Shown: positions 38,143 through 48,639, numbered from the stretch's first letter. The stretch is DNA of 64,000 bases from an uncultured bacterium (GCA_964570935.1 CAZMZP010000050.1:891-64890); one strand, 5' to 3'. The notes: generated by a model from the sequence alone, not told the origin. Made by a program: numbers and translations.

Positions 38143-38466
38143 CTATGACCACCACCTCTAAAGCAGACCTGAAATGAAAATCCCCACCGGTCTGCCGTGT
38201 GACAGAGACTTTTGAACCTGGACATGCCCAGGTGGGCGCCAGACTCCTGGTCGTCGCGCCCCCGCCGGTGCGGGTCCCGCTGTTACCCGAAGAACAGGCT
38301 CCCTCAGAACAACTGTTGGCTCAAAAACGCCCACATCAACACGTGCACGGTAGGGATTTTCAGTTTACGGCTTTAGCCCTACTTCTGTTCGATTCCGGCA
38401 GATCTACTTGCTCTTGCGATTCCTCCTTCCCTGAAGCTCTGCCTAGAATTGGCGGAAGCTGGTCTG

Positions 38467-38763
38467 TCATTCATCTGCCAGGACTATCTCCAGCTTGGAG
38501 ACGATCCCGGCCGCTCGCTCACGGACTTGCGAGAGCGCGAGTTCCCTCTCTCTTCTCTCCTTGAACAACTCGTCTGCAAGGTTCAGCGAGGCCAGAATGG
38601 CCACCTTTCCGAGCGTCGCCACGGACAGCTTCTCGTTGATCTCCCTCATCTTGCTGTCCACGTAGCGCGCGACCTCGGCTATGTAGTCAGGATCGGCCTG
38701 CCCCCGGATCTTGTACTCTCCCCCGAATATCTGAACCTTGATGACGTTCTGGTCTTCGTTCAT
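38467..38763 (-). CDS. zapA: cell division protein ZapA
   Basis: 98 aa; ZapA-like (IFGGEYKIRG...; C-terminal coiled coil). Confidence 0.75.
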   Translation of the reverse strand: MNEDQNVIKVQIFGGEYKIRGQADPDYIAEVARYVDSKMREINEKLSVATLGKVAILASLNLADELFKERRERELALSQVRERAAGIVSKLEIVLADE

Positions 38764-38844
38764 GGCTTCTCTCTGTCAATCCATGGGCTCTGAATTATGC
38801 CAGCTTCTCTTCCCTACCGCGTGAGCTCTCACCGTTCCGGCCGG

Positions 38845-39129
38845 TCACCCGTCCAGCCACTCGAACTGCGTCAGTATGGCCTCGAGCCGGGTCTCCACAC
38901 GCTTTCTGAGCTCGACGAGCGAATCGCGCTCGTTCTCGAGCTGCGCTATGCGAGACTTCAGCTCCTTGTGTGTCCCGTCACTGCCGGACTCGGCCGCCTT
39001 CAGCTCCCGAAGGCGCTGGTTGAGTTCCTGATTGCTTGACCTAAGCTTAGAGTTCTCCTCCTTAAGTCTCTTGATTGCCGAAGCAACACGTTCAACTTTT
39101 CTTTCCAGCTCTGTGAAGATGTTTTCCAT
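38845..39129 (-). CDS. zapB: cell division protein ZapB-like coiled-coil protein
   Basis: 94 aa, entirely coiled coil, directly upstream of zapA. Confidence 0.55.
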   Translation of the reverse strand: MENIFTELERKVERVASAIKRLKEENSKLRSSNQELNQRLRELKAAESGSDGTHKELKSRIAQLENERDSLVELRKRVETRLEAILTQFEWLDG

Positions 39130-39169
39130 ACGATTGACTCTGACCGTTGCCCGGCGCCCGAGGCTCGTG

Positions 39170-41572
39170 CTACTCGGCCTCAGGGGATTTGCCCCTTATC
39201 ATTGCTCCGTTCGCGATCAATCCCTTGATGATCCGGCCCATCGCTTCGTCGACCTCGGAGTCGGACAACGTCCTCTCGTCCGACTGAAAGCTGAGCGAGT
39301 AGGCCAGGCTCTTTCTTCCCCCTTCGATGGCTTCTCCCCTGTAAAGATCGAAGAGATGGAGCCGCCTCAGGTAGGAGCCACCCAGCTCCCTGATGAGCCC
39401 GGCTACCTGCGCCTGGGGAAGCGCCTCGTCTACGACCGCTGCCAGGTCTCTCTTGACAGGCGGGAACCTTGAAGGGTCGACAAACGCCTGCCGGCCGGAG
39501 GAAACAGCGCGCAAGGCCTCTGCGTCAAGCTCGAAAACGTACACATCACGCTCTATTTCAAACGCGCGCAGAAGCCGTCTGTCGGCCTTTCCGAAAAAGC
39601 CTAACGACTTGCCGTTACAGCAGATAGAGCCCGACGCTTCCGTGTCTGCCACGGGGCCATCATAACAAAGCACTTCGTAGTTGTCAACTTTCAATTTGGC
39701 CAGGAAGCCCTCCGCAACGCCCCTGGCGTCGAAGAGGTCGCACCCAGCCGGCGCCGGTTCCTGCCAGCTGGCAGGCCTCTTGAACCCCACGAGCGCTCCG
39801 GCGGCGCAGACCTTCTCAACCGGCCCGCCGTCCGCTCCCACGCCGAAAGACTTCCCTACCTCGAACAAGCGCAGGTTCTCGGCGCCTCGTCTCAGATTCT
39901 GGCTCACGGCGCCCAGCAGGCTCGCCAGCAGCGAAGGCCTGAGCACGGATTCTTCCTGTGAGGCCGGGTTCGAAAGTGTGACCAGCTCCGACGCTTCCTT
40001 CCCGAACAACGCGGCCTTCTTCGGGTCCACCAGTGTTCTCGTCAACGCTTCGGTCAGACCCAGGCTGACCAGAAACTCCCTGCACCAGTCCAGAAACAAC
40101 TCGGCGTCTTCGTCCACGCCCGGGACCCAGCTCAGGTTGGCGGACCGCTCCGCGAACCTTTCGTAGCCGAAGCTCCTGGCCACTTCCTCAGTCACGTCGA
40201 CTTCCTCGGACACGTCGTGTCTGTACGACGGCACTCCCACTTCCACGCACCCGGCGCCGGCGTGCCAACCGAAGCCCAGGCGTCTCAGGCTCAGCCTCAT
40301 GAAATCCTCGGAGACCGCGCCGCCCAGAAGAGCCGACACCCTCGGCGGCTCTATCCTCACCCGCTTCTCCGGCAGTCTTCCGGGATAATGGTCAACCACG
40401 CTGCCCGGCTTTCCTTCCGCCAGCGAGGTCATCAAGGACGCCACGTACTCCACGCACCAGCGCGCCATGCCGGGGTCCGCTCCGCGGGAGAACCTGAGCG
40501 AGGCCTCCGTCTCCAGGCCCAGTCGCTTCGACCCGCTCTTGACCACCGCGGGCGTGAAGTAGGCGCTCTCCAGGAACACGCGGCTCGAAGAATCGGTGAC
40601 CTCGGTGGCCTGCCCGCCCATCAATCCGGCCAGGGCCACGGGCTCTTCCGAATCCGTGATTAAGAGCACGTCCGGTCCCATCAGTCTCTTGACGCCGTCC
40701 AGAGTCACGAGGGTCTCGCCGGGTCTGCCCCTCCTCACAAGAATAGACCTCCGCTTCAGCCGGTCCAGGTCGAACGCGTGCACGGGCTGTCCGAACGCCG
40801 CCAGACAGTAGTTCGTGGCGTCTACCACGCTGCCCAGCGAACGGAACCCGGCAATCTCCAGCCGGCTCCTGAGCCACGCGGGCGAGGCCTTCGCCGTGAG
40901 CCCGGTCACGACCGCGCCGCAGTACCTCGGACAATCGGACGCGTCCTCCACGGCCACCGTGACGGTTTCGTCCTGCCTTATCTGACCCGCCGGAAGGCCC
41001 GGCGCAGGCAGCGTCAGTCCGGCCCCGGTCAAGGCCGCCACCTCCCTGGCTATTCCCAGCACCGAGAGGCAGTCCGGCCTGTTGTGGCCCACTTCTATCT
41101 CTATGACGGTCTCGGAGCCGCCCAGTTCCTCGTCCAGCCTTCTTCCGGGGACGCTCTCCTCGGCCAGAGCCAGTATGCCGGACGCGTCGTCGCTCAGGCC
41201 GAGCTCGGTCCCCGAGCACAGCATTCCCTCCGAGGCCTCCCCCCTAATCACGGCACTCTCTATCTTTGTTCCGTTCGGCAGACGGGCGCCTACGCAGGCG
41301 ACCGGGACCTTCATCCCGGCCTTCACGTTCGTGGCGCCGCATACGACCGACAGTACGCTGTCTCCGATGGACACTCTACAAAGCACGAGCCTGTCCGCCT
41401 TCGGGTGCTTGCGCACCTCCAGGACATGTGCCACCAGAACCCCGGGAAACCGGGGTCCCTGTTCCTCCACTCCTCTGACGGGGAAGCCGAGCATCGAAAG
41501 CCGCTCCGCCAGACAGGCGGGCTCCATGTCTACGGCCACGAACTCGCGCAGCCAGTTGTAACCGAACTTCAT
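39170..41572 (-). CDS. pheT: phenylalanine--tRNA ligase beta subunit
   Basis: Start MKFGYNWLREFV at 41572 (ATGA overlap with the pheS stop); the ORF-track N-terminal extension is rejected. Confidence 0.9.
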   Translation of the reverse strand: MKFGYNWLREFVAVDMEPACLAERLSMLGFPVRGVEEQGPRFPGVLVAHVLEVRKHPKADRLVLCRVSIGDSVLSVVCGATNVKAGMKVPVACVGARLPNGTKIESAVIRGEASEGMLCSGTELGLSDDASGILALAEESVPGRRLDEELGGSETVIEIEVGHNRPDCLSVLGIAREVAALTGAGLTLPAPGLPAGQIRQDETVTVAVEDASDCPRYCGAVVTGLTAKASPAWLRSRLEIAGFRSLGSVVDATNYCLAAFGQPVHAFDLDRLKRRSILVRRGRPGETLVTLDGVKRLMGPDVLLITDSEEPVALAGLMGGQATEVTDSSSRVFLESAYFTPAVVKSGSKRLGLETEASLRFSRGADPGMARWCVEYVASLMTSLAEGKPGSVVDHYPGRLPEKRVRIEPPRVSALLGGAVSEDFMRLSLRRLGFGWHAGAGCVEVGVPSYRHDVSEEVDVTEEVARSFGYERFAERSANLSWVPGVDEDAELFLDWCREFLVSLGLTEALTRTLVDPKKAALFGKEASELVTLSNPASQEESVLRPSLLASLLGAVSQNLRRGAENLRLFEVGKSFGVGADGGPVEKVCAAGALVGFKRPASWQEPAPAGCDLFDARGVAEGFLAKLKVDNYEVLCYDGPVADTEASGSICCNGKSLGFFGKADRRLLRAFEIERDVYVFELDAEALRAVSSGRQAFVDPSRFPPVKRDLAAVVDEALPQAQVAGLIRELGGSYLRRLHLFDLYRGEAIEGGRKSLAYSLSFQSDERTLSDSEVDEAMGRIIKGLIANGAMIRGKSPEAE

Positions 41573-42609
41573 CCGAACTGCTCCAGAAACCTCAGGTCGC
41601 TCTCCAGGAAGTAGCGAATGTCGCGAATCCCGTACTTGAGCATCGCGAGTCTGTCTATTCCCACGCCGAACGCGAAACCGGTCAGCGCGCCCGCGTCGTA
41701 TCCGACGCTTCGAAACACCGCTGGGTGAACCATGCCCGCGCCCAGTATCTCCAGCCAGCCGGTCCCCCCGCACACTCTGCAGCTGCCGGACTCAGGCGGA
41801 CACTGCCCTCCGCCGCAGCCGATGCACGTGATGTCAACTTCGGCGCTGGGCTCCGTGAACGGGAAGTAGCCCGGCCTGAACCGAACGCCTGTGCCCTGTC
41901 CGAAGAAGCGGCGCATGAAGTACGCCAGCGTGCCCTTCAGGTCCGGGAACGTGACGCCCCTGTCCACGTACAGACACTCGAGCTGGTGAAACTCGGGGGA
42001 GTGCACCGCGTCCCAGGCGTCCTTCCTGTAGACTCTTCCCGGGAATATCATCCTGATGGGAGGAGGCGTGCGCTCCATCACCCTGATCTGAACCGGCGAA
42101 GTGTGAGTTCGCAGCACGAGCCCGCCGGTCACGAAGAACGTGTCGCCCTGCTCCCTGGAAGGATGCCCCTCGGGTATGTTGAGAGCGCCAAAGTTGTGAT
42201 ACACGTCCTCCACGTCGGGCCCGGTGGCCACAGAGAATCCCATGCCGATGAAGATGCTCTTGAGTTCCTCGGTGACGAGCGAAATGAGGTGCTTCCTGCC
42301 GGTCCATTGACCGACACCCGGGAGGGACACGTCCAGTGCGCCGGCCTTCTTCCGGGGCGAGGCCTCCTCCAGTGTCTGCGCTCTCTCCGTGATCAACCCG
42401 GCCAGGGCTGTCTTGGCCTCGTTGGCGGACTTTCCGACACTGCCGCGCTCAGCAGCGTCCAGGGACGAGATGCTCCTGAGAACGCCCGTCAGTACGCCTT
42501 TCCGGCCCAGGTACTTCACCCTGACGGCGTCCAGCGCCTGAAGAGTTCCGGCCTCCGCGACCTCCCTGGCGGCCGCGTCCCTGATTCCCTTTACGGACTT
42601 CTCGTCCAT
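41569..42609 (-). CDS. pheS: phenylalanine--tRNA ligase alpha subunit
   Basis: 346 aa; class II aaRS motifs (FRPGYFPFTEPS, GAGMVHP). Confidence 0.9.
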   Translation of the reverse strand: MDEKSVKGIRDAAAREVAEAGTLQALDAVRVKYLGRKGVLTGVLRSISSLDAAERGSVGKSANEAKTALAGLITERAQTLEEASPRKKAGALDVSLPGVGQWTGRKHLISLVTEELKSIFIGMGFSVATGPDVEDVYHNFGALNIPEGHPSREQGDTFFVTGGLVLRTHTSPVQIRVMERTPPPIRMIFPGRVYRKDAWDAVHSPEFHQLECLYVDRGVTFPDLKGTLAYFMRRFFGQGTGVRFRPGYFPFTEPSAEVDITCIGCGGGQCPPESGSCRVCGGTGWLEILGAGMVHPAVFRSVGYDAGALTGFAFGVGIDRLAMLKYGIRDIRYFLESDLRFLEQFG

Positions 42610-42653
42610 CGTTCATTCACCTTGCGTGCATGCTGCCGGCAACGATCGGCCGA

Positions 42654-43013
42654 CTAGACGGCCATGACCTTCTTCGCCAGCTCCGCCAGTTTGGCGAAGC
42701 CCTCTCTGTCGTTGAGGGCTATGTCGGCGAGCACCTTCCTGTTTATCTGCACGTCGGCCTTCTTCAGGCCCGAGATGAACGTGCTGTACGACAGCCCGTT
42801 CAGTCTGGCAGCCGCGTTGATGCGCGATATCCAGAGTCCTCTGAAGTCCCTCTTCTTGGCCCTCCGGTCCCGGTACGCGTACTGCAGGCTCCTGGCCAAC
42901 GTTTCCGTGGCCGTCCTGTGGAGTCTGTGCCTGCCGCCGCGAAACCCCTTTGTGGCCGTCCTCACTTTCTTGCGCCTGGCCAGGCCAGGCACCACTGACT
43001 TAGCTCTCGGCAT
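42654..43013 (-). CDS. rplT: 50S ribosomal protein L20
   Basis: MPRAKSVV...YAYRDRRAKKRDFRGLWISRINAAAR; canonical infC-rpmI-rplT cluster. Confidence 0.9.
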   Translation of the reverse strand: MPRAKSVVPGLARRKKVRTATKGFRGGRHRLHRTATETLARSLQYAYRDRRAKKRDFRGLWISRINAAARLNGLSYSTFISGLKKADVQINRKVLADIALNDREGFAKLAELAKKVMAV

Positions 43014-43077
43014 TGACCTCACCTCTCATGTTGTGACACCCGCGCCCGGAACGCCCGCCGGCGCGGGGAAACCGCCG

Positions 43078-43269
43078 TCAAGGAAGCAGACGTCGAATCC
43101 TCCGCACGTCCTCTTCTCCCACCACCGCGGGCCTGGTTATCCTGCGCTTTCTCTTCCGCGCCTTGGAGGTCAAGATGTGGGCGGCGAACGCTTGCCTCCT
43201 CATTATCTTGCCGGTACCGGTCTTCTTGAATCTTTTCTTGGCGCCCCTGTTCGTCTTTAGCTTAGGCAT
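43078..43269 (-). CDS. rpmI: 50S ribosomal protein L35
   Basis: 63 aa [27 protein letters not shown]. Confidence 0.9.
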   Translation of the reverse strand: MPKLKTNRGAKKRFKKTGTGKIMRRQAFAAHILTSKARKRKRRITRPAVVGEEDVRRIRRLLP

Positions 43270-43338
43270 TCTTTACTTACCTCCATGCACTTCGCGGCCG
43301 GCGGACCTTCACCCGCCCGAGTCAGACACCGGCAGAGC

Positions 43339-43890
43339 TCACGCCTCTCCGGCCGGCCGTGGCTTCTGCGCCCTCGACACCATCAGCATTACCAGATTCT
43401 TTCCCTCGGAGCGCGTCGATCCCTCCACCTGCCCCACCGTTTCCATGTCGGCGACCACTCTCCGGAGCAGCTTGTGACCGAGGTCGGCGTGGGTCATCTC
43501 CCTGCCACGAAAAGTCACGGTGAACTTCACCTTGTCGTGCGCCTCCAGGAACTTTCTGGCGTGGTCCATCTTGAACTGGTAGTCGTGCTCTTCGATCTTC
43601 GGCCGGAGCTTGACCTCTTTAAGATGGATGATGTGCTGTTTCTTTCTGGCCTTTCTGGCGCGCTTGCTCTGCTCGTACTTGAACTTCCCGAAGTCCATCA
43701 CCCGGCAGACGGGCGGCCTGGAATTCGGAGACACTTCCACGAGGTCCAGGTTGTGTCCCTGGGCGATGGCCAGAGCTTCCTTCGGCGTCATAACGCCGAG
43801 CTGGGTCCCGTCGGGGCCGATCACCCTGACCGAAGGGACACGGATCCTCTCATTCACTCGCACTCTCTTCTCAATCACGGTCGTTACCAC
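43339..43890 (-). CDS. infC: translation initiation factor IF-3
   Basis: 183 aa; IF-3 N- and C-domains (VRVIGPDGTQLGV, KVKFTVTFRGREM); start codon may be non-ATG. Confidence 0.85.
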   Translation of the reverse strand: MVTTVIEKRVRVNERIRVPSVRVIGPDGTQLGVMTPKEALAIAQGHNLDLVEVSPNSRPPVCRVMDFGKFKYEQSKRARKARKKQHIIHLKEVKLRPKIEEHDYQFKMDHARKFLEAHDKVKFTVTFRGREMTHADLGHKLLRRVVADMETVGQVEGSTRSEGKNLVMLMVSRAQKPRPAGEA

Positions 43891-44052
43891 CCCCTGTTAG
43901 GATCGAGAAGCAAAAAGGCGGAACGGTCACAAGGACCTCCGCCAGCTGCAGCAGCAGGACTCGAATCGCGCAGTGCCTTTGACATTTACCCTGGTAACCT
44001 CCGTTCCAAGGTGAGAAGCCGGCGGCTTCTGCTTCAACCATTTCCATCAATG

Positions 44053-45963
44053 CTACAGTTTCCTCGCTATCTCATCAAGTAAATTCTTAGCGAGCTCTTC
44101 CACTTCCATGACGCCCAACTGGCCTTTCTTCTTGCTCCGCACGGACACCTTTCTGTCGACCACCTCGCGCTTCCCGACGACCAGCATGTACGGCACTTTC
44201 TGGAGCTCGGCGTCGCGTATCTTGCTGCCTATGGTCTCGTCCCGGAAATCGGCCTCCGCCCTCAGTCCCGCGTCCCTCAGCGCCTGCACGACTTCTCCCG
44301 CCCACCCCACGTTGTCCGCGCTGACGGTGGCCACGAGCGCCTGGACAGGAGCCAGCCACAGAGGGAACTCTCCCGCGTAGTGCTCTATCAGAGTTGCCGT
44401 GAAGCGCTCGAGCGCCCCCAGCAGCGTCCTGTGGATCATGACCACGGGGTGCTCCTTCCCGTCCGGCCCAATGTACGTCACTCCGAACCTGCCGGGAAGG
44501 TTGAAATCGAACTGTATGGTGGTGCCCTGCCAGCCCCTTCCCAGTGAGTCCAGGAGCTGCATGTCGATCTTCGGCCCGTAGAAAACGGCCTCGCCCTCGG
44601 CCCGCGTGTATGCCAGTTTGTGCCGCTCCAACGCCTGCCTCAGCGCGTCCTCGGCCTCCTGCCACTGGGCGTCCTCACCCGCGTAATTGTCCTTGTGCCC
44701 GGGGTCCCGCACGCTGAGCTGAATCTTGAACTCTTTGAACCCGAACGCGGCCAGCATGCGCAGCGCGAAGTCCAGCACCCGGTCCATCTCCTCCGGCAGC
44801 TGCTCTCTCGCGCAGAAGATGTGAGCGTCGTCCTGCGTGAAGCCCCTCACGCGGAACATGCCGTGGAGCACGCCCGAACGCTCGTGTCTGTACACGGTGC
44901 CCAGCTCGGCGAACCTCATCGGAAGCTCCCTGTAGCTTCTGCGCTTCGACTGGTAGATGAGTATGTGACCCGGACAGTTCATGGGCTTGAGCACGTAGGG
45001 CTGTTCGTCCACTTCGAGGAGGTACATTTCCTTCTTGTAGTAGTCCAGATGCCCCGAACGCTGCCACAGCTCCGCCCGCCCTATGTGCGGGGTGTATATC
45101 AGCTGATAACCGGCCCGCTGGTGCTCTCTTCTCCAGAACTCCTCGATGACGTTACGGATTATGGCGCCCTTGGGATGCCACAGCACGAGCCCGGAGCCCA
45201 GCGTGTCGTCTATGCTGAAAAGGTCCAAGGCCGCGCCCAGCTTGCGGTGGTCGCGCCTCTCGGCTTCCTTCACCCTGGCCAGGTAGCTGTCCAGCTCCGC
45301 CTGCGTGGGATAGGAGACTCCGTATATCCTCTGGAGCATCGGGTTCGTGTCCAGACCCTTCCAGTAAGCGCCGGCAACCGAAAGCAGCTTGACGGCGCCC
45401 AGTCGCCCGGTGGACGGAACGTGCGGCCCGCGGCACAGGTCCGCGAACTCGCCAGTCCTATACACGGATATGTGTTCGTCCTCCAGCGCCGACGCCAGCT
45501 CCACCTTGTAGGGCTCCCGGGAGTGTTCGAACAGACTCACCGCGTCCTGCCGCGACAGATCTTCTCTCTTGAACTCCAAGTCGGCCTCTATGATTTCCCT
45601 CATCGCGGCCTCGATCCTGGCCAGGTCGTCTTCGGTGAACGAGGTCGGTCTGTGGAAGTCGTAGTAGAACCCCTCTGCAATGGCGGGTCCTATTCCGAGC
45701 GCGCTCTCCGGGAAGAGCTTCTTGACGGCGGCGGCCATGACGTGGGACGTGCTGTGCCAGTAGACTTCCCTGCCGCCCTCGCTGTCGAACCCCACGAGCC
45801 TGACGGCCGAGGGCTTTTCGATCCGGTAGTCCAGGTCCACAAGCCGGCCCTCGACCTCGACCGCGAAATACTGCTTTCCTTTCGCAGCCAGCTCGAGCAG
45901 ATTCCTCGCAGTCACGCCCTGTTCCACTTCCAGCGCACCTATCCCGTCAATCGACAGCTGCAC
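44053..45963 (-). CDS. thrS: threonine--tRNA ligase
   Basis: TGS, editing and class II catalytic domains; start set to GTG at 45963 behind AAGGAGGAAGAA rather than the ORF-track 46050. Confidence 0.9.
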   Translation of the reverse strand: MQLSIDGIGALEVEQGVTARNLLELAAKGKQYFAVEVEGRLVDLDYRIEKPSAVRLVGFDSEGGREVYWHSTSHVMAAAVKKLFPESALGIGPAIAEGFYYDFHRPTSFTEDDLARIEAAMREIIEADLEFKREDLSRQDAVSLFEHSREPYKVELASALEDEHISVYRTGEFADLCRGPHVPSTGRLGAVKLLSVAGAYWKGLDTNPMLQRIYGVSYPTQAELDSYLARVKEAERRDHRKLGAALDLFSIDDTLGSGLVLWHPKGAIIRNVIEEFWRREHQRAGYQLIYTPHIGRAELWQRSGHLDYYKKEMYLLEVDEQPYVLKPMNCPGHILIYQSKRRSYRELPMRFAELGTVYRHERSGVLHGMFRVRGFTQDDAHIFCAREQLPEEMDRVLDFALRMLAAFGFKEFKIQLSVRDPGHKDNYAGEDAQWQEAEDALRQALERHKLAYTRAEGEAVFYGPKIDMQLLDSLGRGWQGTTIQFDFNLPGRFGVTYIGPDGKEHPVVMIHRTLLGALERFTATLIEHYAGEFPLWLAPVQALVATVSADNVGWAGEVVQALRDAGLRAEADFRDETIGSKIRDAELQKVPYMLVVGKREVVDRKVSVRSKKKGQLGVMEVEELAKNLLDEIARKL

Positions 45964-46062
45964 TTCTTCCTCCTTGAGATGCCGCTTCGCCGGCCGGGCC
46001 CGCCCCCGGTCCCATCCGGCCGGCCTCCGTGCGACCCTTTGCGTCCGCACGGCCTAAATCAA

Positions 46063-46139
46063 TGGTGGGCGATACTGGACTTGAACCAGTGACCCCCTGC
46101 ATGTCAAGCAGGTACTCTAACCACCTGAGCTAATCGCCC
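46063..46139 (-). tRNA. tRNA-Val (anticodon GAC)
   Basis: Reverse complement GGGCGATTAGCTCAGGTGGTTAGAGTACCTGCTTGACATGCAGGGGGTCACTGGTTCAAGTCCAGTATCGCCCACCA; cloverleaf with GAC anticodon loop and encoded CCA. Confidence 0.9.
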
Positions 46140-46305
46140 ACCGTAACATTATCTTTTTCTAATGACCCCGGACCTCGCGCCCGCCCCACGGAGGCCGCCC
46201 GAGTCCGCGCCGGGCCGCGTCCGCCCCGCTTCCACACCACACTAGACCAGGGACGTCGACTTGTCAATAAAGGCGGCCAAAACGCGATAGCGGAAAGGAA
46301 GTATG

Positions 46306-46379
46306 TGCCCCCGGGGCGACTCGAACACCCGGCAAACGGTTTAGGAAACCGCTGCTCTATCCACCTGAGCTACGGGGGC
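46306..46379 (-). tRNA. tRNA-Arg (anticodon CCT)
   Basis: Reverse complement GCCCCCGTAGCTCAGGTGGATAGAGCAGCGGTTTCCTAAACCGTTTGCCGGGTGTTCGAGTCGCCCCGGGGGCA; CCA not encoded. Confidence 0.85.
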
Positions 46380-46457
46380 ATTCATCGACGTATCGTAACG
46401 CCTCGCCGACAGCGAGGCAACCTAAATACGGCGCGGAGCTCGCGCTCCCCGCCGGGC

Positions 46458-46985
46458 TCATTCGCTCTCGTACTTTATGAGCGACACGACGTCGTAGTCC
46501 TTGAGGCGCTCCCTGCCCTTCAGGAACTCCAGCTCGATGAGGAACAGAAGTCCCACCACCTTGCCGTCCAGCTTCTCGACTAACTTGGCGGCCGCGAGGG
46601 CCGTGCCTCCCGTGGCCAAGAGGTCGTCCAGTATGACCACCCTCTGCCCGGGCTGAATGCTGTCCAGATGGACCTCGATGGCGTCTTTTCCGTACTCCAG
46701 CTCGTACTCTTCCTTCACGGTCTTAGCCGGCAGCTTGCCCGGCTTCCTGGCCGGCACAAGCGGCAGACCGAGGCGGTAAGACACGGCGCCGCCCAGCACG
46801 AAACCCCTGGACTCCACGGCCAGGATGACGTCCGGCCGCCTCTTCTCGCACTCCCTGGACAGGGCGTTGATCACCTTTATGAATCCCGGACCCGCCTTGA
46901 GGAGTGTCGTTATGTCTCTGAAGACGATCCCCTTCTTCGGGAAATCGGGAATACACCTTATCAGGTCCTTGAGGTCATCCGCCAT
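46458..46985 (-). CDS. apt: adenine phosphoribosyltransferase
   Basis: Start MADDLKDLIR at 46985; PRPP-binding motif VILDDLLATGGT; the upstream 190 codons of the track ORF overlap the sigma-factor gene and are rejected. Confidence 0.9.
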   Translation of the reverse strand: MADDLKDLIRCIPDFPKKGIVFRDITTLLKAGPGFIKVINALSRECEKRRPDVILAVESRGFVLGGAVSYRLGLPLVPARKPGKLPAKTVKEEYELEYGKDAIEVHLDSIQPGQRVVILDDLLATGGTALAAAKLVEKLDGKVVGLLFLIELEFLKGRERLKDYDVVSLIKYESE

Positions 46986-46999
46986 TCCGCGCCTCCGTC

Positions 47000-48091
47000 T
47001 CAGTGCCGGGTTTCCCCGCCCGATTCCGTCCGCCGTTCGCCGGCCTCCATCATCTTCCTCAGCCTGGCCAGCGCGCGCTTCTCCACCTGGCGCACTCGTT
47101 CCCTGCTGACACCCAGAAGAGCGCCAACTTCGGCCAGCGTGTGCATTCTTCCGTCCTGGAAGCCGTACCTTATCCTGAGTATCTTGTCTTCCCGGCCGGG
47201 GAGCTGGCTCATCAGCTTCAGCAGTCTCTCGCGCTCCAGCTGCAGCTCGACCATCTCCTCCGGGCTCGCGACCGCCAGCAGAGGCTCGAACTGCGACATC
47301 TCTCCGTAAGACTCCACGGCCGAATCGTAGTCCTTCGATTCTCTCCCGCCCACCCAGGTTCGGATGCGCTCGATCCTCTTCTCCGGCACGCCCATGTGAA
47401 GCGCTATCTCTTCGACCAGCGGCTGGCGACCCAGCTTCCTGCTCAGCACCGACTCGATGGAAAGGAACTTGGTGATGAGCTGAAGGACGTGGATCGGCAC
47501 GCGTACCGTGCGGGAGTAGTTGGCCACGCCCCTGACGACCGACTGGCGTATCCACCAGGATGCGTACGTGCTGAAACGTCTCTTGCGGTCGGGGTCAAAC
47601 CTGTCCACGGCCGCGATCAGGCCCAGGTTGCCCTCTTCTATCAGGTCCAATAGCTCAACGCCCCTGTCCTTGTAGGCCTTCGCAATCTTCACCACCAGTC
47701 TCAGGTTGGACAGTATCATGCTCCTGCGCGCGCTTTCGTCGCCCGCCCTGACGGCGCGAGCCAGCCGCGCCTCCTTCACCGGCGTCAGGAGCGGATACCT
47801 GCCGATCTCCTTCAGGTACATGCTCACCGGCTCCAGCCCGCCGCCGTTGCGCGCGGCCCTGGACCTCTTCCGCGCCGCAGCGGCCTCGGCCTCTTCGTAG
47901 TCCGGCAGACCCACCCGGACTCCTTCGGCTTCTGCTCTGTCCAGGAACCAGTCGAAGGCCTCCATGTCGAAATCCGGCCTGTGCATCACGCGCTCGATCT
48001 GCTCGTCCGGAACGATCCCCGCAGGCCTGCATTCCTGCAGGAGGTGCTCCAGTTTCAGCGCGAACTTGCTCTTGGCCACCCGCTTTCCCAT
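47000..48091 (-). CDS. RNA polymerase sigma factor, sigma-70 family (RpoD-like)
   Basis: 363 aa; regions 1.2 (YLKEIGRYPLL), 2 (LDLIEEGNLGLIAAVDRFDP, FSTYASWWIRQ), 3 and 4.2 (TLAEVGALLGVSRERVRQVEKRAL). Confidence 0.85.
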   Translation of the reverse strand: MGKRVAKSKFALKLEHLLQECRPAGIVPDEQIERVMHRPDFDMEAFDWFLDRAEAEGVRVGLPDYEEAEAAAARKRSRAARNGGGLEPVSMYLKEIGRYPLLTPVKEARLARAVRAGDESARRSMILSNLRLVVKIAKAYKDRGVELLDLIEEGNLGLIAAVDRFDPDRKRRFSTYASWWIRQSVVRGVANYSRTVRVPIHVLQLITKFLSIESVLSRKLGRQPLVEEIALHMGVPEKRIERIRTWVGGRESKDYDSAVESYGEMSQFEPLLAVASPEEMVELQLERERLLKLMSQLPGREDKILRIRYGFQDGRMHTLAEVGALLGVSRERVRQVEKRALARLRKMMEAGERRTESGGETRH

Positions 48092-48093
48092 GT

Positions 48094-48372
48094 CTAGAAC
48101 CTGACCTCAAACCCGTCGAACTCGCCAGAGAAGGCCTCCCACTGCACGTCCACGCCGGTCACTCTCGCGGCGCGGGGCCCCTGCTTGAGCAGCGCGACCA
48201 GGCCCTCGATGCCTGGACGGTCTCCCTCCACTTCCAGCTCCACGGCGCCGTCCAAGGCGTTTCGGACGTAGCCACCCAGGCGCAGGGTCCTGCCCTGCGC
48301 CAGGGCGAACGAGCGATAGCCCACGCCCTGCACTTCACCCGAGACTATTATCCTGGCTCGTGCCTTATCCAA
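48094..48372 (-). CDS. acyP: acylphosphatase
   Basis: TTG start at 48372 behind GGGGGAGA; [11 protein letters not shown] and GYVRN motifs; the track extension overlapping the tRNA is rejected. Confidence 0.75.
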   Translation of the reverse strand: MDKARARIIVSGEVQGVGYRSFALAQGRTLRLGGYVRNALDGAVELEVEGDRPGIEGLVALLKQGPRAARVTGVDVQWEAFSGEFDGFEVRF

Positions 48373-48487
48373 CTCCGGGTCTCCCCCGCGGGCGGTCGCG
48401 CTCTCGGCCGTCCGGCTCGGGACCAGAACTGAACCGGTGCAGGGCAACAGCTCCGGCCCTGCACCGTCCAGCTCAAAAATAAGAAGA

Positions 48488-48564
<77 letters not shown>

Positions 48565-48639
48565 AACCATGTCCCGTAGTAACCTTCCTACTATCCTATC
48601 ACAGTTAGGCCGAAAATTCTTCGAGTTCCGTCACTGCCC

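Noticed and set aside
36511-38161. Plus-strand ORFs (533 and 337 aa) opposite rny
   Set aside because: Leu/Arg or Ser-rich antisense translations; rny is strongly supported on the minus strand.
45964-46062. T-box riboswitch upstream of thrS
   Set aside because: No recognisable specifier loop or T-box antiterminator sequence; the region is short and lies immediately next to tRNA-Val.
46986-47555. N-terminal 190 codons of ORF 46458-47555
   Set aside because: Overlaps the sigma-factor gene in another frame and is Arg/Gly-rich; the real gene is apt starting at ATG 46985.
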